DNA of 64,000 nt from contig CAKSCM010000009.1 of the NCBI GenBank assembly GCA_934444365.1, positions 1-64,000 on the forward strand. Direction: 5' to 3'. The translations under genes were made by a program, and so were the position numbers. Positions 9,133 through 19,934 of this stretch are shown here, piece by piece. The notes beneath the pieces are model-generated. The model did not search any database. It was not told where the DNA came from and saw nothing but the letters and a program-made list of their open reading frames with translations. The stretch's first letter is position 1, and each line of letters opens with the position of its first letter. The stretch comes from an uncultured Eubacteriales bacterium. GTDB lineage: Bacteria > Bacillota > Clostridia > Oscillospirales > Acutalibacteraceae.

Positions 9133-10380
9133 TCATCTGATATCGGCGCCAAGCGAATAGAGTGTTCCGGTTATATCCTCATATCCGCGCATTATATGCT
9201 TGGTTTCGCTTAAAACGGTCTCCCCTTCGGCGGCAAGAGCCGCTACGCAAAGAGCCGCACCGCCCCTTAAATCGGTAGCCTTGACAGCAGCTCCGGTCAG
9301 TCTATCCACACCTTCGACCACCGCAACCTTGCCCTCGACCTTTATTTTCGCCCCCAGGCGCATAAGCTCTCCGGCATGTTTAAAGCGGTTATCAAAGATA
9401 TTCTCCACAAAAACGCTGGTTCCGGGTGCCACCGTACACATCGCCATTACCGGCGGCTGAGCGTCGGTCGGAAATCCGGGATAAGCAAGGGTCCTGACCG
9501 TCTTTATCCTTTTAGGACCGTACACCGCCGTTAAGGAAAGCTCCCTGTCCTTAACCGATATTTCGCATCCGGCCTCTAAAAAGGCCGGTATTACCGGATA
9601 CACATGGGCAGGAATCATATTTTTAACGGTTACGTCTCCCCTTGTAATGGCTGCGGCCGCCATGTATGTCGCTGCCGCTATACGATCAGGTATGACCGTA
9701 TGCTCGGTGCCGTAAAGCTCGCTTACGCCGTCTATGACGATGGTGCTTTCTCCGGCGCCTCTTATTTTTGCGCCGGCCCGATTTAAAAAGTCCGCAAGAT
9801 CGCTTATTTCGGGCTCCCTTGCGGCATTTCTCAAAACAGTCCGTCCCTTTGCGGTCACGGCGGCGAGCATTATGTTCTCGGTAGCGCCGACGCTCGGCAA
9901 AATAAGGGTAATATCGGCGCCTTTCAGTCCGTCGGGAGCAAAGCATTCAAGAGTCCCGTGCTCTTCGTTTATAACCGCACCAAGGCTCCTCATTCCCGAA
10001 AGATGGAGATCGATAGGACGCGACCCCAGCTCACAGCCGCCCGGATATGATATCACCGCACTTAAGCATCTTGCAAGTATCGGCCCGAGAAAAACCACGG
10101 ATGATCTCATCTCGCGCATTAATTCGTCAGGTATGACCGTACAGTTTATGTTATCGGTATTGACCGTTACGGTATGCCCTTCGCGTAAAACGCTGCAGCC
10201 TATTGCCCGTAAAATGTCCACAGCCGCGTCGACGTCGCTTAAAACGGGGCAGTTATGTAACACGCTCGTTCCCTTACAAAGAAGGGTGGCCGCCATAAGC
10301 GGCAGCGCGCTGTTTTTAGAACCCTGTAAATATATTTCTCCCGAAAGGCGTTTTTGACCCCTTATTGTTATCGATGACAT
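9133..10380 (-). CDS. murA: UDP-N-acetylglucosamine 1-carboxyvinyltransferase MurA.
   Basis: EPSP-synthase-fold signature ...QGSKNSALP... 415 aa. RBS-supported start. Confidence 0.9.
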   Translation of the reverse strand: MSSITIRGQKRLSGEIYLQGSKNSALPLMAATLLCKGTSVLHNCPVLSDVDAAVDILRAIGCSVLREGHTVTVNTDNINCTVIPDELMREMRSSVVFLGPILARCLSAVISYPGGCELGSRPIDLHLSGMRSLGAVINEEHGTLECFAPDGLKGADITLILPSVGATENIMLAAVTAKGRTVLRNAAREPEISDLADFLNRAGAKIRGAGESTIVIDGVSELYGTEHTVIPDRIAAATYMAAAAITRGDVTVKNMIPAHVYPVIPAFLEAGCEISVKDRELSLTAVYGPKRIKTVRTLAYPGFPTDAQPPVMAMCTVAPGTSVFVENIFDNRFKHAGELMRLGAKIKVEGKVAVVEGVDRLTGAAVKATDLRGGAALCVAALAAEGETVLSETKHIMRGYEDITGTLYSLGADIR

Positions 10381-10578
10381 TGAGTGCACTCCTTACGAAT
10401 CGGTTTTCGGCCGCTTATAATTTCATAGTATGCCGAAATGATCCATTGAGTGCGAGGTCGCAATACGACCGTCTTATAACAAAAAGCCGTATCACATCAG
10501 TCACAAATAACAAAACAGCTTTTAAAGCCGGCACCGCATTTGCGGGACTTGCGACGGTTTTATTTTAATTATAATCTT

Positions 10579-11694
10579 TTATTTTTTTGCAAGCTGCTTT
10601 AAGGCGCGGAAAATCCGCTCATTGGAATTTATAACAGCCATTTTTTTTGCCGCAACGCTCATTTTTAAAAGCTCTTCCCCGTCCGACAGCAGTCGATCGA
10701 TCTCGCCTTTTAGCCTTTCGGGTGTCAGATCCTTTTCTTCAATTATTGCCGCTGCACCCCTTTCTACAAGGGTCATGGCGTTGTGGTACTGGTGATTTTC
10801 CGCAACGTTCGGCGACGGAATAAGTATCGACGGCTTACCCTGAACCTCAAGCTCGCTTAAGGTTATGGCCCCCGAACGGCAGATCACAAGATCGGCCGCC
10901 GACATCATGACGTCCATATTGTCTATATATTCGTACAGTCTTAAATTTTCGTCGGTTATATCCACGCCCTTACTTTCAAGCAGCTCGGGCATCCATTTCG
11001 CCCCATATGAGCCCATTGCATGAAAATGGCGGTATTTCCCATCTTTTAAATCCTCGGCTATAACGTCGGCCATAACCTCGTTTATGCGCCTTGCCCCGAG
11101 ACTGCCGCCGTATGAAAGTATCATTGGACGTTCGTCTAAACCGAGGGCCTTGCGGGAAGCTTCCCTTTTAGCCTTTATTACCGACAGTCTTACGGGATTG
11201 CCGGTATCTACATATATTCTCTCAGGCAGATATCTTTTCGCCTGTGGCATTGCCAGCATAACCGTATCGACGTATCTTGAAAGCATTTTTGTGGTTATTC
11301 CAGGATATGCGTTTTGTTCGTGCGTTGCAGTTTTATAGCCCATTTTATGAGCCTTTCTCAACACCGGACCGCTTACATATCCGCCTGTACCCATTACGAC
11401 ATCGGGTTTAAACTCGCCTAAAATTTTCTTTATATCCTTACCGGCCGAAACGGCAAGACCGACGGCCTTTACATCGTCCATCAGCTTTTTCGGGGTAAGT
11501 CCCCTTTGAAATCCTGCGACCTTTATAGGATAAAATTTATACCCGGCCTTTTTGACAAGGGTCGCCTCCATACCAGTCTTATTCCCCACAAAAGCGATCA
11601 CGCTTTCGGGATCTTTTTCTTTTATGTATCCTGCAACGGCAAGGGCCGGATTGATATGCCCGCCCGTACCGCCGCATGCAAACAACACCTTCAT
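10579..11694 (-). CDS. murG: Undecaprenyldiphospho-muramoylpentapeptide beta-N-acetylglucosaminyltransferase MurG.
   Basis: N-terminal MKVLFACGGTGGHINPALAV glycosyltransferase-28 motif. Dcw context. Confidence 0.9.
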   Translation of the reverse strand: MKVLFACGGTGGHINPALAVAGYIKEKDPESVIAFVGNKTGMEATLVKKAGYKFYPIKVAGFQRGLTPKKLMDDVKAVGLAVSAGKDIKKILGEFKPDVVMGTGGYVSGPVLRKAHKMGYKTATHEQNAYPGITTKMLSRYVDTVMLAMPQAKRYLPERIYVDTGNPVRLSVIKAKREASRKALGLDERPMILSYGGSLGARRINEVMADVIAEDLKDGKYRHFHAMGSYGAKWMPELLESKGVDITDENLRLYEYIDNMDVMMSAADLVICRSGAITLSELEVQGKPSILIPSPNVAENHQYHNAMTLVERGAAAIIEEKDLTPERLKGEIDRLLSDGEELLKMSVAAKKMAVINSNERIFRALKQLAKK

Positions 11695-11732
11695 GCCGCT
11701 TTACTCCTTATATTATTATAGCTGATTCTTTA

Positions 11733-12914
11733 CTACGACTTGCTTACACCGCTGCACCGCGACACCGAAAGCACAATCCCCATTTCACCCATTATCATGA
11801 GCAGCGCCGTACCGCCGTAGCTGAAAAACGGAAGGCTTATACCGGTATTCGGAATGGTGTTGGTAACAACGAGAATATTAAGAAGCATCTGCAGTCCGAC
11901 CTGGAACACAATTCCTATAACAAGCATTGAGCCGAACCTGTTCGGACAGCGAATCGCTATTAAGACACCGCGCCAAATAAGCACACCGAAGGCCGCGACT
12001 ATGCAAAGCGCTCCTACAAAGCCAAGCTCCTCGCACACTATACTGAAAATAAAGTCGTTTTGAGGCTCGGGCACCCAAAGATATTTCTGACGTGACATCC
12101 CGAGTCCTCTGCCCCAGAATCCGCCCGAGCCGATAGCGAGCAGCGACTGTATGGTCTGATACCCCTTGCCGGTTGCGTCGGCCCACGGATCGATCCAGTA
12201 TTTTATACGGTCGCTTCCGTATCCGACAACACCCGAAAGTATTGCTACGGCGCCTATAACCACCGTTCCTCCGCCGGCGAGAACGAGCCATCTGAGCTTT
12301 ATTCCGCCGACGATTAAAAGAACGATCGATATAAGAAGTATAAGTATTGTAGCCGAAAGATGCGGTTCCACAACCACAAGACCGCACGTCACGGCTAGTA
12401 TTCCCAAAAAGGGCAGTATACCGTACTTAAAGGTACCCATTTTTTTGACCCCGAACTTGGAGGCGAGGTAGGATATGATAAGTATTACGGCAAATTTCGC
12501 AATTTCGGAGGGCTGAAAGGTAAAGGAACCTATTTTGATCCATCGCTTATAATCGAACCCCTCACTCATGGGCGGCAATATAAGCACCACAGCCAAAAGC
12601 GCAAGCGAAAAAAAGAAGAGTATCCAGGGTAATTTGTACTTTGCATAAAAATTAAAATCGATATAAGAAATACCGACCATTGCAACAACGCCGATAACGG
12701 CATATTTTGCCTGATTAAGGATAAAAAGATAGCTGTTGCCGTAATTGTAATAGGCAAAGGCATAGCTTGCCGACGCCAGCATTATAAGTCCCGTTGTAAG
12801 CAACACAAGCACCATTATAAAGAAGACAAGATCCATGCGTCCGCGCCTTGTACGTTTTTCGGACGACACTCGCCTTTGCGCCTGTTCCATTAATTCATTT
12901 TCGGGCGAATACAT
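11733..12914 (-). CDS. SEDS-family peptidoglycan glycosyltransferase FtsW/SpoVE.
   Basis: Polytopic membrane protein, 393 aa, with SEDS-like conserved C-terminal region. Lies between mraY and murG. Confidence 0.85.
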   Translation of the reverse strand: MYSPENELMEQAQRRVSSEKRTRRGRMDLVFFIMVLVLLTTGLIMLASASYAFAYYNYGNSYLFILNQAKYAVIGVVAMVGISYIDFNFYAKYKLPWILFFFSLALLAVVLILPPMSEGFDYKRWIKIGSFTFQPSEIAKFAVILIISYLASKFGVKKMGTFKYGILPFLGILAVTCGLVVVEPHLSATILILLISIVLLIVGGIKLRWLVLAGGGTVVIGAVAILSGVVGYGSDRIKYWIDPWADATGKGYQTIQSLLAIGSGGFWGRGLGMSRQKYLWVPEPQNDFIFSIVCEELGFVGALCIVAAFGVLIWRGVLIAIRCPNRFGSMLVIGIVFQVGLQMLLNILVVTNTIPNTGISLPFFSYGGTALLMIMGEMGIVLSVSRCSGVSKS

Positions 12915-12989
12915 AAGACTGTCTCCTTTACGTTTTTATCGATTCGGCCCATCGGGCAATTATCCGGCAATTGTACGGCGCTTCGTTTT

Positions 12990-14048
12990 TTAAAGCGATG
13001 CGGCCGCCATAAGCAGCCCCCCGGCTATAACTCCGCCGATAAGGGTGATTGCCGAAAAAACAACGACGATTTTATTCTCACTCCAGCCGGACATTTCAAA
13101 ATGATGATGGATCGGCGACATTTTAAACAGACGCTTGCGGGTTTTTTTGTAGTAAATAACCTGCAAAATGACCGAAAACGCCTCCATAAGATATACGATT
13201 CCGACCAGCAGCAAAAGTATCGGATATCCGCTTGCAAAGGCCATTGCAACGACCGTTCCGCCGAGGAACAGCGACCCGGTATCGCCCATAAACACCTTTG
13301 CCGGTTTTAAATTCCAGACTAAAAATCCCGAGCAGCCTCCGGCCGAAGCACATGAGAAAATGTTAAGCGCAGTATATCCGTTGAGTGATGAAAAAATCAT
13401 ATAAAAGAAGGATACCGCCAGGGTTACCGAGGAGCAAAGCCCGTCAATTCCGTCGGTAAGATTTACCGAATTTACAAATCCGTATATAAACACAAGGGCA
13501 ATCGGCCAGAAAATAATTCCGGCGCCGCTTGTAACGTTTACCTGTCCTACAAAGGGGATAAATGTAAAGGTATATCCGCACATATAAAGGCTGAAAAGAT
13601 ACACCGCCGCAATTACAAGCTGCAAAAGGGTCTTTTGCCGGGCGGTAAGGCCGAGATTACGCTTTTTAACTACCTTTATGTAGTCGTCGGTAAAACCGAC
13701 AAAGCCGTTGGCAAGAGCCATCAAAAGACCCAAAAGAACGCTGGTTGTACGTATACCGTTCTGGGAGGCAGGATCGGTTACCATGCATGAAAGCTTTTGA
13801 AATTCGAGATCCGACAGCAAGAATTTAGAAAGTATAACCGTAAGTATGACCGATAAAAAAATGCCTATTATAAACATTATTCCGCCCATTACGGGGGTTC
13901 CTTTTTTATCGGCATGCCATTTGGGCCCTATTTCAAGTATAGTTTGCCCGAAATGCAGCCTTTTAAGCAGCGGTATAAAATAAAACCCCAAAACCGCCGT
14001 TATCAAAAAGGCAAGAATAAGCCCGAGTATCGGTATAAACGTCTCCAT
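12990..14048 (-). CDS. mraY: Phospho-N-acetylmuramoyl-pentapeptide transferase MraY.
   Basis: Polytopic membrane protein with MraY motifs (DDxxD-like TDDYIKV; HHHFE). Confidence 0.9.
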   Translation of the reverse strand: METFIPILGLILAFLITAVLGFYFIPLLKRLHFGQTILEIGPKWHADKKGTPVMGGIMFIIGIFLSVILTVILSKFLLSDLEFQKLSCMVTDPASQNGIRTTSVLLGLLMALANGFVGFTDDYIKVVKKRNLGLTARQKTLLQLVIAAVYLFSLYMCGYTFTFIPFVGQVNVTSGAGIIFWPIALVFIYGFVNSVNLTDGIDGLCSSVTLAVSFFYMIFSSLNGYTALNIFSCASAGGCSGFLVWNLKPAKVFMGDTGSLFLGGTVVAMAFASGYPILLLLVGIVYLMEAFSVILQVIYYKKTRKRLFKMSPIHHHFEMSGWSENKIVVVFSAITLIGGVIAGGLLMAAASL

Positions 14049-14051
14049 TTT

Positions 14052-15506
14052 TTACTTCCTTTCGCCGTGTTTTGCCTTAATTTCGGCCGCTACCCGCGCG
14101 ACTATCTCACGCTCGTCGAGATGAACGGCAGAGGTGCCGATTATCTGGTAGGTTTCATGACCCTTTCCGGCAAGCAGTACAATATCGTCGGTTCTTGCAT
14201 TTTTTATGGCATATTCTACTGCCTGCTCGCGGTTTTCAATAACCTTATAAGGCACCGAATGGCCCTTAACTCCGGCCATTATATCGCTTATTATCTCACC
14301 GGGATTTTCGGTACGGGGATTATCCGAGGTAACAATAACGTAATCGGAATTTTCGGCTGCAATTCTCCCCATTTCGGGGCGTTTGCCCTTGTCGCGGTCG
14401 CCTCCGCAGCCGAAAAGGGTTATAAGCCTGCCCTTTTTAAGTGCGTTTAAGGCGCTTATTATATTTTTAAGTCCGTCGGGAGTATGAGCATAATCGATAA
14501 TCACTGTAAAATCAAGACCGGTAGGAACCACCTCTGCTCTGCCCTTTACACCCGGAGCCTTGGCGAGCCCCTCAAGGCAGCCGTTAAAGCTAAATCCGAG
14601 GGCTATTACCGTAACGGCGGCCGCAAGGGCATTGTAGACCGAAAAGCTGCCCGGTGTATTTGCGTGAGCACGGCCTATCACCCCGTCACCCACCAGCTCA
14701 AAATCCACACCGTGGGGCAAATAACGTATATTTTTGGCCGAAAAACTGGAATTATCGCTCTTGGCCGAGTAGGTAAAAACCTCGCCGTCCGAAGCATTTA
14801 TAAATTCATCGGCATATTTATCGTCAAGATTTATAACCGATTTTTTGCAGCGATAGAATATCTTCTTCTTGGTTTCGAGGTAATTTTCCATGGTATGGTG
14901 ATAATCAAGGTGATCCTGGGTTAAATTTGTAAACACGCATACGGCGAATTCGAGACCGTACACCCTATCCTGATCTATCGCATGTGACGATACCTCCATA
15001 ACGACATAATCGCACCCCGCCTTAAGCATAAGGGCAAAAAGGGAATGAAGCTCAAAGGCGTCGGGCGTTGTGCTTTTGGCAGGCAGAACATCCTCGCCGA
15101 CCATATTCTGAACCGTACCTATAAGTCCTACCTTACAGCCCTGCGATTCCAAAATGCTTTTTATAAGGGTAGTAGTGGTTGTCTTTCCGTTGGTACCCGT
15201 AACCCCTATAATCTCCAGCTTTTCGGCAGGATGGCCGAAAAACGCAGCGCACATAAGGGCGTAGGTCTGGCGACAGTTTTCAACTATTATCTGATTTTCA
15301 AGTCCGGTGTCCTTTTCGGCAATTATTACCGACGCGCCGCTTTTTACGGCACTCGCCGCAAATTTATGTCCGTCGACCTTAACACCGTCAATGCAAACAA
15401 AGGCATAATCCTCACGTACCACCCTTGAGTCACAGGTAACGCCCTTTATATCAAGCTCACCTAACGGATGATTTTCCTCAAGCGATATAAGTTCCCTTAA
15501 TTTCAT
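14052..15506 (-). CDS. murE: UDP-N-acetylmuramoyl-L-alanyl-D-glutamate--2,6-diaminopimelate ligase MurE.
   Basis: Mur ligase P-loop GTNGKTTT and the MurE-specific DNPR motif (SDNPRTE). Confidence 0.85.
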   Translation of the reverse strand: MKLRELISLEENHPLGELDIKGVTCDSRVVREDYAFVCIDGVKVDGHKFAASAVKSGASVIIAEKDTGLENQIIVENCRQTYALMCAAFFGHPAEKLEIIGVTGTNGKTTTTTLIKSILESQGCKVGLIGTVQNMVGEDVLPAKSTTPDAFELHSLFALMLKAGCDYVVMEVSSHAIDQDRVYGLEFAVCVFTNLTQDHLDYHHTMENYLETKKKIFYRCKKSVINLDDKYADEFINASDGEVFTYSAKSDNSSFSAKNIRYLPHGVDFELVGDGVIGRAHANTPGSFSVYNALAAAVTVIALGFSFNGCLEGLAKAPGVKGRAEVVPTGLDFTVIIDYAHTPDGLKNIISALNALKKGRLITLFGCGGDRDKGKRPEMGRIAAENSDYVIVTSDNPRTENPGEIISDIMAGVKGHSVPYKVIENREQAVEYAIKNARTDDIVLLAGKGHETYQIIGTSAVHLDEREIVARVAAEIKAKHGERK

Positions 15507-15529
15507 ACTCTTCTCCTTCGCCTACTGTA

Positions 15530-17803
15530 TTATTCAACGCTGTCGCTGTATCTGAAATATACCGTAACCACTGTTCCGGCCTCAACCTCGGTGCCCGGTT
15601 CTACGCTTTGTTTGTACGACACCGAGCCGCTTTCTCCGCTTACCACACCGGACATTTCAAGGTTAACGCCGGCTGTTTTCGCAGCGGATTTAACCTCTGA
15701 AACGCTTAAATTCTTTAAATCCGGAACCGTAACGGTAGCCGCCGACTGCGACTCATCGGTGTATATTACAACGGTCGAGCCGGTCGGTGCGGTCTGGGAT
15801 GCAAGCGGCATTTGTCTTACAACCGCCGTTCCCTCTCCCACCGTCTTGACCTTAAAGCCGCTGCCTTCAAGCTGAGCCTTCGCCTCATCAATGCTGCTGC
15901 CTATAACCGACGGAACCTTAACGTTAAGGGCCGTATATTCGTCCTCGGTGTATATCGGCTCTATACCGAGATACGGCAACGCCTCCGACATTATAGACGC
16001 CGCAACCGGTGCCGAAACCTTACTTCCGTATATCGAATCGCCGTGCGGCTCATCGACCATTACAAATACGGCGATTTCCGGATCGTCGGCCGGAGCAAAT
16101 CCGCAGAATGAAGCGATATAAAGCATTTGTCCGGTCTCTTTTTTCTTATCGACCTTTTGGCTTGTTCCGGTTTTTCCGGCCATACGATATCCGGCAACAT
16201 ATCCGTTTTTACCGGTGCCGTTCGCAACGACCGATTCAAGCATACCGCATATTTTTTTAGAGGTCGATTCCGAAATAACCTGACGTTTTACATCGGTATC
16301 ATAGCTTTTTACAATATTACCGTCGGTATCGATTATCTGTTTTACCATGTGGGGCTTTACAAGATATCCGCCGTTAGCCGCCGCACATACCGCCGTTATC
16401 ATCTGTATGGGGGTTATTCTGAAGGTCTGGCCGAAGGACTCGGAGGCGAGCTCTACCGGGCCCATATTTTCCGAGGTATAGTAAATTCCGGTCGCCTCTC
16501 CGGGCAGATCTATATTTGTCATGGTTGTAAAGCCGAAGGACTTAAAATAGCTGTAAAAAAGGTCGACGCCGAGGCGCTGTCCTATTTCTATAAAGGCCGG
16601 GTTGCAGGAATTTTCAAATATCTGGGTCAAATTCTGAGTCCCGTGTCCCGACGTAACATGACAGTTATATTTTGTATCGTATATGCTTATATATCCCGGG
16701 CAATTAAAGGTCGAATCCATGCTGACCTTGCCCTCTTCAAGACCGGCCGAACCGGTGATTATCTTAAAAACCGATCCGGGCTCATAGGTGTCGGATATCG
16801 CCTTGTTACGCCACTGCTCCTGCAGCGCCGCACTGTATTTTTCGGTATATTCGTCGCCGCTGTAGTTTTTAAGTTCCTCGGCTACGGCAGAATCGGCTAT
16901 CGTAAAGGGTGAATTCGGATCGTAGTCGCCTTTGGTAGTCATGGCAAGTATCTCGCCGGTATTTACATTCATTACTATACAGCAGCCGCGATTGCTCGCC
17001 GAATTCGACTGCACCGCCTCTTCAAGATACTTTTCGGCATAGTGCTGTATATATTCGTCCAGGGTCGAAACAACCGAATATCCCGGCTGGGACTCGACCA
17101 TGGTCTCGTATTTAAAGGGCATGTCGCTGCCTCGGGCATTCTTTGAGGATACGGTCTTTCCGGGAATTCCGGTCAAATCGCTGTCGTACTGATATTCAAG
17201 TCCGGCAAGACCCTGGTTGTCGTCGCCGACAAATCCGAGCACCGTCGATCCGAGGGTTCCGTTCGGATAATAACGCTTGCTCGCCTTATCAAGACCTACC
17301 ACCGAACCGAGCTTATTATCGCTTATAAAGGCCCTTACCTCATCCGCCAAATTCTGCTCGACCCGTTGCTTTATCTTCTCATAGGCCGTATTTTTTTGTG
17401 TTTTTAAATAAACAGCCTCCTCGTCAAGCTCCAAAAGTTGGGACAGTCCCGAGGCAATAAGCCTTGCTTCCTCATCGTCTTCGATATTCTTAGGCGTAAC
17501 ATATACGGTATAAACGGTAGCGCTCGTCGCAAGAATGTTCATGTTCCGGTCGTAAATGTTTCCGCGCTGAGCGGCAACGGTGGTGGTCGTAAGCTGCTGT
17601 TCGGTGGCGATTTTCGAGTAATAACCGCCGTTTATCAGCATAATATCAGCAAGCCGTACCCCTATTGTGCCGAAACCGACAACGAGTACAGCCATCATTA
17701 ACCAGAACATTCTTTTCCACATTGATCTCGGAGTTACGCTTTTCAAAACCGCACCGACCCTTCTTCTCTCCAAAGCTCCGCCTTTGATACTATGAAAAAT
17801 CAA
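15530..17803 (-). CDS. Class B penicillin-binding protein (FtsI/PBP2B/SpoVD-type transpeptidase) with C-terminal PASTA domains.
   Basis: 757 aa. N-terminal TM, dimerisation and transpeptidase domains (SxxK, SxN, KTG motifs), and two C-terminal PASTA-like repeats. Confidence 0.85.
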   Translation of the reverse strand: MIFHSIKGGALERRRVGAVLKSVTPRSMWKRMFWLMMAVLVVGFGTIGVRLADIMLINGGYYSKIATEQQLTTTTVAAQRGNIYDRNMNILATSATVYTVYVTPKNIEDDEEARLIASGLSQLLELDEEAVYLKTQKNTAYEKIKQRVEQNLADEVRAFISDNKLGSVVGLDKASKRYYPNGTLGSTVLGFVGDDNQGLAGLEYQYDSDLTGIPGKTVSSKNARGSDMPFKYETMVESQPGYSVVSTLDEYIQHYAEKYLEEAVQSNSASNRGCCIVMNVNTGEILAMTTKGDYDPNSPFTIADSAVAEELKNYSGDEYTEKYSAALQEQWRNKAISDTYEPGSVFKIITGSAGLEEGKVSMDSTFNCPGYISIYDTKYNCHVTSGHGTQNLTQIFENSCNPAFIEIGQRLGVDLFYSYFKSFGFTTMTNIDLPGEATGIYYTSENMGPVELASESFGQTFRITPIQMITAVCAAANGGYLVKPHMVKQIIDTDGNIVKSYDTDVKRQVISESTSKKICGMLESVVANGTGKNGYVAGYRMAGKTGTSQKVDKKKETGQMLYIASFCGFAPADDPEIAVFVMVDEPHGDSIYGSKVSAPVAASIMSEALPYLGIEPIYTEDEYTALNVKVPSVIGSSIDEAKAQLEGSGFKVKTVGEGTAVVRQMPLASQTAPTGSTVVIYTDESQSAATVTVPDLKNLSVSEVKSAAKTAGVNLEMSGVVSGESGSVSYKQSVEPGTEVEAGTVVTVYFRYSDSVE

Positions 17804-17882
17804 AGCAGATTATTCTGCTTTCATTGCTGCGTCCGGGGGTTTTCCTTCCTCCGGACGCAACACTTTACTGTTTTTCAAATCC

Positions 17883-18371
17883 TTAAAACCAATCGGCAAA
17901 AACCGAGAAGATTCCGTCGCCGGAATTATCTATAACAACACCGGTATCATCCTCGCCGCCGTTTACATATACGGTCTGGGACACCTCGCGCTTTTGCATG
18001 CCGAGCTCCTTGGCGGCAGCCTCTATGTTATCGTACGCAACGAGGTTTTCAAGCTCCATCGAAAGCCTCGTCTCTTCGCTTTTAAGCTCGGTAAGCTGAT
18101 TTTTCGCCTTATCTATCTGGGCGGTCAGCTCGGTTCCGACCAGATTGCTGTAAAGCTGAAATCCTATAAAGGCCAGCACCATCGCCGTAACACATAAAAT
18201 GCTTATGACTTTCCTCAGCGGCATGGCCGATTTTTCTAAAGAAGCGGCCGAATCTTCGCGCATTACGTTTTTCCTCGTTTTAAGCTCGACCACCTCGCCC
18301 CTTTTTTCCTTGGGTGCGAAGAGGTCAAAATCATATGCAAGGTTATTGTTATAATTCTGCATTTTCGGCAC
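17883..18371 (-). CDS. ftsL: Cell division protein FtsL (septum formation initiator).
   Basis: Small bitopic protein with a TM segment and coiled coil. Lies between rsmH and the PBP gene. Confidence 0.65.
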   Translation of the reverse strand: MPKMQNYNNNLAYDFDLFAPKEKRGEVVELKTRKNVMREDSAASLEKSAMPLRKVISILCVTAMVLAFIGFQLYSNLVGTELTAQIDKAKNQLTELKSEETRLSMELENLVAYDNIEAAAKELGMQKREVSQTVYVNGGEDDTGVVIDNSGDGIFSVFADWF

Positions 18372-18476
18372 TTCCTTTGTTTTTTATGTCAGATATCGGC
18401 AATCAGCCGGTAAAATAATGTTTCCGGCCGGTTGGCCGACCTTGTTTTTCGTTATAAAAACTCTGCTTTCGGTTTT

Positions 18477-19487
18477 CTATTCCTTTATCCGCCGCACGGC
18501 CCTTAGCTTTGCGCTCCTGCTTCTCGGGTTTAATCCAAGCTCTTCATCCGTCGCCGTAACCGGTTTTTTTGTAACCTTTTCGGCAAAGGGCGTTTTGTGG
18601 CAAACACAAACGGGAAATTCCGGCGGACAGGTACATCCTTTGCAAAGTTCAATAAAGCACTGCTTTACTATTCTGTCCTCAAGCGAATGGAAGGTGATAA
18701 CCGCGAGCACACCGCCGACATTTAAAAGTCCGGCCGCCGCTTTAAGCCCTTCTTTCAAAGCGTCGAGCTCTCCGTTTACGGCTATTCTTATCGCCTGAAA
18801 GGTCTGTCTTGCGGGATGGCCGCCCTTTCGCGCCGCTGCCGGATAAGCCTCGGCTGCAATCATAGCCAGCCGGCCGGTTGTATCAATAGGCGATTTCTGT
18901 CGCTCGGCAACAATGCGCGCCGCTATTCTTCTTGCAAATTTCTCCTCCGAATACTCATAAAGTATTCTTGCAAGCTCGTCCTCATCGGCTGTGTTTACAA
19001 TATCGGCCGCCGTAGGGCCCTGCTTTGACATCCGCATATCAAGCGGAGCGTCGGCGTGAAAGGAAAATCCCCGCTCGGCGCAATCAAGCTGAAAGGACGA
19101 AACGCCGATGTCGAGAAGTATTCCGTCGGCACCGGTGATTCCGGCCGCATTTGCAAGTTCGGTCATCTCGGAAAAATTCCCTCTTGCAAATGTTACGTTT
19201 TTATATTTTTCGAGCCGATTTTTCGAAAACTCCAAGGCGTCGGGATCCCTGTCAATACACAAAAGACGGCCGCTTGCCGAAAGTCTTTCGGCAATAAGAC
19301 TGCTGTGTCCGCCAAAACCGACCGTACCGTCTATATAAGTCCCGTTTTCACGGATATTAAGCGCCGCTATCGTCTCTCTTGCCAAAACCGGAATGTGCGG
19401 CGTTTTCGCCTGCCAATCGGTTTCGCAATCGCTGATCTTCGCACCGTTTATATTTGTAACAATGTCCGAATTGTCAGTTTCCTTCAT
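18477..19487 (-). CDS. rsmH: 16S rRNA (cytosine1402-N4)-methyltransferase RsmH/MraW.
   Basis: HIPVLARE...DGTVGFGGHS SAM-MTase motif. Follows mraZ. Confidence 0.9.
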   Translation of the reverse strand: MKETDNSDIVTNINGAKISDCETDWQAKTPHIPVLARETIAALNIRENGTYIDGTVGFGGHSSLIAERLSASGRLLCIDRDPDALEFSKNRLEKYKNVTFARGNFSEMTELANAAGITGADGILLDIGVSSFQLDCAERGFSFHADAPLDMRMSKQGPTAADIVNTADEDELARILYEYSEEKFARRIAARIVAERQKSPIDTTGRLAMIAAEAYPAAARKGGHPARQTFQAIRIAVNGELDALKEGLKAAAGLLNVGGVLAVITFHSLEDRIVKQCFIELCKGCTCPPEFPVCVCHKTPFAEKVTKKPVTATDEELGLNPRSRSAKLRAVRRIKE

Positions 19488-19505
19488 AATATCCGACCCC
19501 CTTTA

Positions 19506-19934
19506 TCAAAAATGGAAATCGATATTCTCAAAGGCCTGTTCGATATTCTCGTTGTCAATGGCGTTATTGCTCTTCTCCCATTTTTCGGCGCTCCAGACCT
19601 CAGCGCGGTTGGAAACGCCCGTTATATACGACGCACCGGCAAGTCCGGCATAATCGCGCAAATGCTGAGGGATAACTATTCTGCCCTGCTTATCGGTTTC
19701 GGCAACGGCAGCTCCTGCCAAAAAGTATCTGGTGATGTCGCGGTTTTCCTTGGTCATCGGAAGGGCCTTAAGCGCCGTTACAAAGCGCTCCCATTCGTCA
19801 AGAGGAAAAAGGAACAAACAGCCGTCAAGTCCTTTGCACATACAAAAACGCTCTCCGAGGTCCGAGCGGAACTCCGAGGGGATTATAAGACGTCCCTTTG
19901 CATCGATATTATGTTGATGTGTACCGAGAAGCAC
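19506..19934 (-). CDS. mraZ: Transcriptional regulator MraZ.
   Basis: Duplicated MraZ/SpoVT-AbrB fold (LLGTHQHNIDAKGRLIIPSEFR). First gene of the dcw cluster. Confidence 0.9.
   Translation of the reverse strand: MLLGTHQHNIDAKGRLIIPSEFRSDLGERFCMCKGLDGCLFLFPLDEWERFVTALKALPMTKENRDITRYFLAGAAVAETDKQGRIVIPQHLRDYAGLAGASYITGVSNRAEVWSAEKWEKSNNAIDNENIEQAFENIDFHF

Noticed and set aside
16127-16912. 261-aa plus-strand ORF inside the PBP gene. Similar antisense ORFs occur at 19056..20003 (over rsmH/mraZ), 9734..10357 (murA), 23827..24513, 25036..25671, 27884..28591 (yidC), 36295..37005, 46265..47068 (ahcY) and 60726..61292.
   Set aside because: All are fully embedded antisense to well-supported conserved genes. 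They have odd amino-acid composition (Arg/Cys/Gly-rich). I judge them to be shadow ORFs.
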